Under the pieces are notes generated by a model. The model had not been told where the DNA came from and searched no databases. It was given only the letters and a program-made list of their open reading frames with translations. This document shows, one piece after another, positions 60,018-64,000 of a DNA stretch of 64,000 nucleotides. Position 1 is the stretch's first letter; each line of letters opens with the position of its first letter. The DNA comes from Deltaproteobacteria bacterium (lineage in GTDB: Bacteria > Myxococcota_C > UBA6777): assembly GCA_006226375.1 (NCBI GenBank), contig SBHC01000026.1, positions 30,903 through 94,902 of the forward strand, in the 5' to 3' direction. A program made the translations under genes and the position numbers.

Positions 60018-61967
60018 CTACTTGGGAAGGCAGATTCCCATCGCGACTTTCCCACCTCCAAACGCGTACTCCACCGAGGCACATCTTTCATTGGAGGGGC
60101 AGTTGTCATCGCTTTGACAATACCTTCGACAAGAAAGCTTCAAGCTGCTGAGGTCCAACACGCAGCGACTACCGCGGGAGCAGTTGGTCGTGACCTCACA
60201 ATCTTCCTTGCACTCGGCTCCAACGCCGTTGGGTCCAACAGGCACACAAATGGAAGCTCCGTTGGATTTGAGCAAGCACTGTTCGGTTGCACCACAGCCC
60301 GATTGGGTTTTGGGATTGCATTGATCCCCAGGAACACATGCAAGCTCCTGGGTTGAGCAAAAGAAGCTCTGGGAGCACGAGTCAGGTTGGAGGAACTTGT
60401 TGCCAGGGTTGCAAGGTTCGCGGCAAAGTCCTTCTCGGATGGTGGAACAATAGCTTTGACCCTCAGGTGGTCCATACACACACTTGGTCTTCACGGAGCA
60501 AGGAGTTTTGGCATCACAAGGTTGCCCCAAGCCTGCTGGAGTGCGGCAATACCCGACGGAGCAAACCTTGTCGGGCGGACAATCGGTAGAGTCGCTGCAA
60601 CCGATACGAAAGGCCAGTCGTCGTCGGTTAAGATTCGCAGCCTGATCAATGGCCCGGACAACAAAGTGACGAACCCCCAAACCAAGCTTGTCTATGGGGT
60701 TGTCGATGGTTAAACAAAAGTTCTCGACAGGCCGAAGAACGGTAGTCCCCGTCGTACCGCCTTTCCCAGGAAAAAGGTAGGGAGTTTTGCCACCCTCGAT
60801 CGAGAAATCGACGGCTGCGAGCCGGTTGTCTTTGACTTGTGTGCAAAGAACCAGCCTCTTTGTAGCAGCATCCACGATGGGCAGTTGGTTTTGGTCCGTG
60901 CGAAGGACAGTAGGTTCATCGATGCGCATCGACACGATCTCAGGTGGCTTGGTGTCCACGGAGACGGTCATGGTTGTAGGAGGGTAGCTTTGGTTGCCCG
61001 CCAGATCGACCGCAACAGCTTTGAGTCGAACTTGAATCAGGTCGCTGGGTTCCGCTTTGTAACGCGATGACAAGGCGACGTTGATAAAGAAGTCTGGGCC
61101 TTTTTCGCTTTGCCAAAGACTGTCTGCTGAACATGGGTTGGTTGGATTGTTGGGGTCGGGGTCAGCACAACGGGCTGAGTCCGCCCAGAACTGCACTCGC
61201 TGCGTACCCACATTGTCGTTGGCTCGGAACTGTGTAAGGAACCGCAGCCCCAAGAGCTGCCCTTCTCGGTAAGGTCGAAGAAATTGCAAGGTTGGCGGCG
61301 TGTTATCGACTTGTGGCCGACACTCGATGGTTGCTTCCATCCCGCGGACGTCTTTCACTGTCGCTCGAATCCGCAACGAGTCGTTGTCAGAGAACGCTTC
61401 GGTGTCAATTGCATACCGATAGGGCGGCTGGCTTGTCGGTGAATGTTTGAGGGTCTGGCCATTCAAAGTTACGGTGGGAGGTCCGGTCCAGGCAGGGTCC
61501 TCCTTTTGCTTGTCGATGACAATCGGATACGACCCTCGTAGCCATTGCCCTGAGGTGCAGTTTACAAACCAAAATTGAGGGGCTGCGTTGTGGACTTGAA
61601 ACAAGATGGTTCGGCTGGGATAGGCATTTTGGCTGGCGTCATATCCAACAACCCGAAGCTTGTAGAATCCGTCAGGAACTCCTCGACTGTCCCATCGAAA
61701 CTCGTAGGGAGGCTTGGGCAAGGAGCCAATGGTGCGGAATTGTTCTTTCCCTACAGGAGAAAGTTCAAACTCTACCAAAGATAGGTCCTCTTCCCCTTCC
61801 AAGATACGGATGGAAACGGGCATTCGTTCCCACACAAGCTGAGACGCCTTCGGAGTAACCAGCTCCAACTGGATGGGCACCTTTTGACGTGCCAGTGGCC
61901 CACAATCACATCCGCTTACGATACCCAAGAGTCCAAGCCCAATGAGGCAAGCTATCCATCGTTGCAT
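60018..61967 (-). CDS. Lipoprotein with Ig-like repeats and Cys-rich C-terminal domain
   Basis: Lipobox VSGC. PPYEFRWDSRGVPDG.Y.L, VDNTPP and AVDLAGN Ig-like motifs, then more than 25 Cys. Confidence 0.82.
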   Translation of the reverse strand: MQRWIACLIGLGLLGIVSGCDCGPLARQKVPIQLELVTPKASQLVWERMPVSIRILEGEEDLSLVEFELSPVGKEQFRTIGSLPKPPYEFRWDSRGVPDGFYKLRVVGYDASQNAYPSRTILFQVHNAAPQFWFVNCTSGQWLRGSYPIVIDKQKEDPAWTGPPTVTLNGQTLKHSPTSQPPYRYAIDTEAFSDNDSLRIRATVKDVRGMEATIECRPQVDNTPPTLQFLRPYREGQLLGLRFLTQFRANDNVGTQRVQFWADSARCADPDPNNPTNPCSADSLWQSEKGPDFFINVALSSRYKAEPSDLIQVRLKAVAVDLAGNQSYPPTTMTVSVDTKPPEIVSMRIDEPTVLRTDQNQLPIVDAATKRLVLCTQVKDNRLAAVDFSIEGGKTPYLFPGKGGTTGTTVLRPVENFCLTIDNPIDKLGLGVRHFVVRAIDQAANLNRRRLAFRIGCSDSTDCPPDKVCSVGYCRTPAGLGQPCDAKTPCSVKTKCVYGPPEGQSYCSTIREGLCREPCNPGNKFLQPDSCSQSFFCSTQELACVPGDQCNPKTQSGCGATEQCLLKSNGASICVPVGPNGVGAECKEDCEVTTNCSRGSRCVLDLSSLKLSCRRYCQSDDNCPSNERCASVEYAFGGGKVAMGICLPK

Positions 61968-62023
61968 CTGGAACTCCCTTGTTGTTTCTCTAGGATGGGG
62001 TGGGTAAGATTCAGGAAATCAAT

Positions 62024-63037
62024 CTATTGTTGTGCAGCGGTGCAGCTGCTTTGGTTCCCGGTTTTGCAGCCCTTTTGGAAATACGTTTTCGCGGTTTTGG
62101 GGCTCTTCGGTACACCGTAGCCCCGAAGGTACATCACGCCCAGGTTGTGACAGGCCGCTCCAGATTTCAGGTTGCAAGCCTTGTGAAGCAGCTGGCGGGC
62201 TTTGGGATAATCCAGCCGGGTGCCTCCCATCCCTTGGGCCATGTAAAACCCCTGACGACTGCAGCCCATCACGTTGTTTTTGCGGCAGGCCTTTGCAAAC
62301 AACGCGTAGGCCTTCTTTTCATTCTTTGTGACCCACTTTCCCTTTTCGTAGAGCAGTCCAAGCGTTGAACACACCGTGATTTTTTTACCGCGCTGGCATG
62401 CCTCGGCGATCCATGGGATGGCCTTTTTGAAGTTGTAGGATTTCGTAGAAGACCGATTCGCGTACTCTGCAAGAATGTAACAGGCATCGTCTTCCTTCAA
62501 TTGACAGGCCTTCCCGTAGTACATGTTGGACTTGTCCACATCTTTGGGAATCCCACCTTTGTTCCATCGGTACATTTGCCCCAAGTTGTAACAAGCACCA
62601 GCAAGCTTGAGTTTGCATGCCTTTTCAAAGTAGTACGCTGATTTCTTGTAGTCCTTCTTGACGCGTTTCCCCACGTAATGCAAAGAGCCCATCGCTCCGC
62701 ATTCGTTGGCGCTCCCCTTCAAACAAAGCTGCCAAACCCGGCACAGCTGAGGCACAGACTCAGGGCATTTCTCTTGCGTTGGAGTTTGTGGAGCTTGAAT
62801 CACAGTACGACGAGGACGCTTAGCCTTGTTCGACTCCAAAGTCACATCCGAGACTTGGCCTTTGTCGTCGACATCATCCATCCCCTCCACTCTTTTCTTT
62901 CGCTTGACGGAATCCGATGTTTTACGAACAACCTTTTCAGAGGTGCAACTCGACACCAAGAAGCAACAAACAAGCACCCCAAGCAACCAAATGGTTGGGG
63001 GAAAGGCAACGCGTGGAGATGTCGGAAAATGTTTCAT
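62024..63037 (-). CDS. Sel1-like repeat (Hcp-type, Cys-paired) lipoprotein
   Basis: Lipobox VSSC. Repeats KAC....ACYNLG.MY..G.G.PKD. Confidence 0.88.
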   Translation of the reverse strand: MKHFPTSPRVAFPPTIWLLGVLVCCFLVSSCTSEKVVRKTSDSVKRKKRVEGMDDVDDKGQVSDVTLESNKAKRPRRTVIQAPQTPTQEKCPESVPQLCRVWQLCLKGSANECGAMGSLHYVGKRVKKDYKKSAYYFEKACKLKLAGACYNLGQMYRWNKGGIPKDVDKSNMYYGKACQLKEDDACYILAEYANRSSTKSYNFKKAIPWIAEACQRGKKITVCSTLGLLYEKGKWVTKNEKKAYALFAKACRKNNVMGCSRQGFYMAQGMGGTRLDYPKARQLLHKACNLKSGAACHNLGVMYLRGYGVPKSPKTAKTYFQKGCKTGNQSSCTAAQQ

Positions 63038-63322
63038 TGTTGGCTCCGAGAGACAAGCAACCACTGCTAGAAGACAAAGGATACAGATGGTTGGCTGCCT
63101 CAACTACATTTGTAAAAGCAAAACTCAATCTACCCTTAGTTGTACACCATAACAACAAACCAAGCATAGGGAGTGGGGCAAAAAACCTAACAAAAACGAA
63201 AAGGAGGACTAGCCAACAGCCCCCACAAAGAGACCCTTGGTGTTCAGATGCTCCAAAGCATGGATACAGAGAGGCTTTGTCAGAAAGCGAGAGTCTGTGT
63301 TTGAAGGATAGGAATGGAAAGC

Positions 63323-64000
63323 TTAAGCGTTGGCGGAACCTGGGGTGGTGCTTGAGGCATACTTGCGGTTGATGGCGACGCCAAACTTCCAGAAATAATC
63401 AAACCCAGAAGCAAGGGAAAGACACAAGGCAAGGTACAAGAAGAAGATACCGATACGATGGAAGTTCAGAAGCAGCTCAAACATACCGAAGTAGTCGATG
63501 CGGTAAGGGAAATGGAGCAGCAAACAGAACAACGCCAACATCTGGTAGATGGTTTTAAACTTGGCCAGAGGCGACGCAGCGATGACCATGCCTTCGCTGG
63601 CGGCAATTCCCCTTAAGCCTGTTATCGCAAACTCTCGGGCGAGCAGAACGATCACCAGCCAACTCGCCACTCGGCCCATGGGAACCAGGATAATCAAGAT
63701 ACCGCTGACGATAAGCTTGTCTGCCAACGGGTCGAGGAGTTTCCCAAGGATGGTGACTTGGTTAAGCTTACGAGCGAAGTAACCGTCAAACAAGTCGGTG
63801 AACGCTGCAAAGGCAAAGATGATAGCTGCCCAAAAGCTAAACTGACGGCTGTCTTGATTAACAATCACCAAGATCAGCGGAAGCATCCCAATCCGGATGT
63901 ACGTCAGAATGTTGGGAACAGTGAACAACTCTTGCTTAAAATTGGTGGGAGCTTTTCGTTCCTTGCGACGCTTTTTCTTAACCCGTCGGCGGCGGATTTT
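63323..64000 (-). CDS. pgsA: CDP-diacylglycerol--glycerol-3-phosphate 3-phosphatidyltransferase, 5' end may lie beyond the window
   Basis: PNILTYIR, TDLFDGYFARK, GKLLDPLADK and REFAITGLR. The frame stays open from 63928 to the edge (KIRRRRVKKKRRKERK...). Confidence 0.95.
   Translation of the reverse strand, partial: KIRRRRVKKKRRKERKAPTNFKQELFTVPNILTYIRIGMLPLILVIVNQDSRQFSFWAAIIFAFAAFTDLFDGYFARKLNQVTILGKLLDPLADKLIVSGILIILVPMGRVASWLVIVLLAREFAITGLRGIAASEGMVIAASPLAKFKTIYQMLALFCLLLHFPYRIDYFGMFELLLNFHRIGIFFLYLALCLSLASGFDYFWKFGVAINRKYASSTTPGSANA

Noticed and set aside
1-64000. CRISPR array, rRNA or tRNA genes
   Set aside because: No repeat-spacer periodicity or recognisable structural RNA seen by eye. 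I checked downstream of pgsA (63104-63322), where tRNAs often lie, and saw no cloverleaf. A tRNAscan/Infernal run would be decisive.

Overview
Gene-dense chromosomal window of roughly 50-55% GC (by eye) from a bacterium that looks myxobacterial/deltaproteobacterial. This is inferred from its Cys-rich lipoproteins, a PEGA protein with a C-terminal KKWWFW anchor, an FHA-sigma54 activator and a PP2C-cNMP phosphatase. Housekeeping content: a split arginine cluster (argE-like + argH on +; argG-argC-argD-argF'-argB on -), an EF-G paralogue, hemW, pgsA, a family III CoA-transferase and a GcvT-family flavoprotein. Accessory content: many secreted proteins and lipoproteins, a glycolipid/surface-glycosylation set (GT2, GT87, acyltransferase, SDR, two further GT-C-like proteins) and a 2.3 kb patch of decayed genes at 44.9-47.2 kb. 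Three apparently orphan conflict genes are present (Imm11-like, DUF4280 PAAR-like, McrB-like without McrC). The best novelty candidate is an AraC-divergent ~1190-aa secreted protein that joins a hydrophobic helical region, two WSC domains and a 7-repeat lectin-like beta-propeller; it lies convergent on a second ~1000-aa effector-like protein. Other leads are an argF' with the succinyl-type specificity residue, a stand-alone archaeal-type ThrRS editing domain, a Tat-signal pirin, and a degenerate 5'-nucleotidase fused to a probable beta-barrel. No rRNA, tRNA or CRISPR array was recognised. All family calls come from motif recognition by eye, not database searches.
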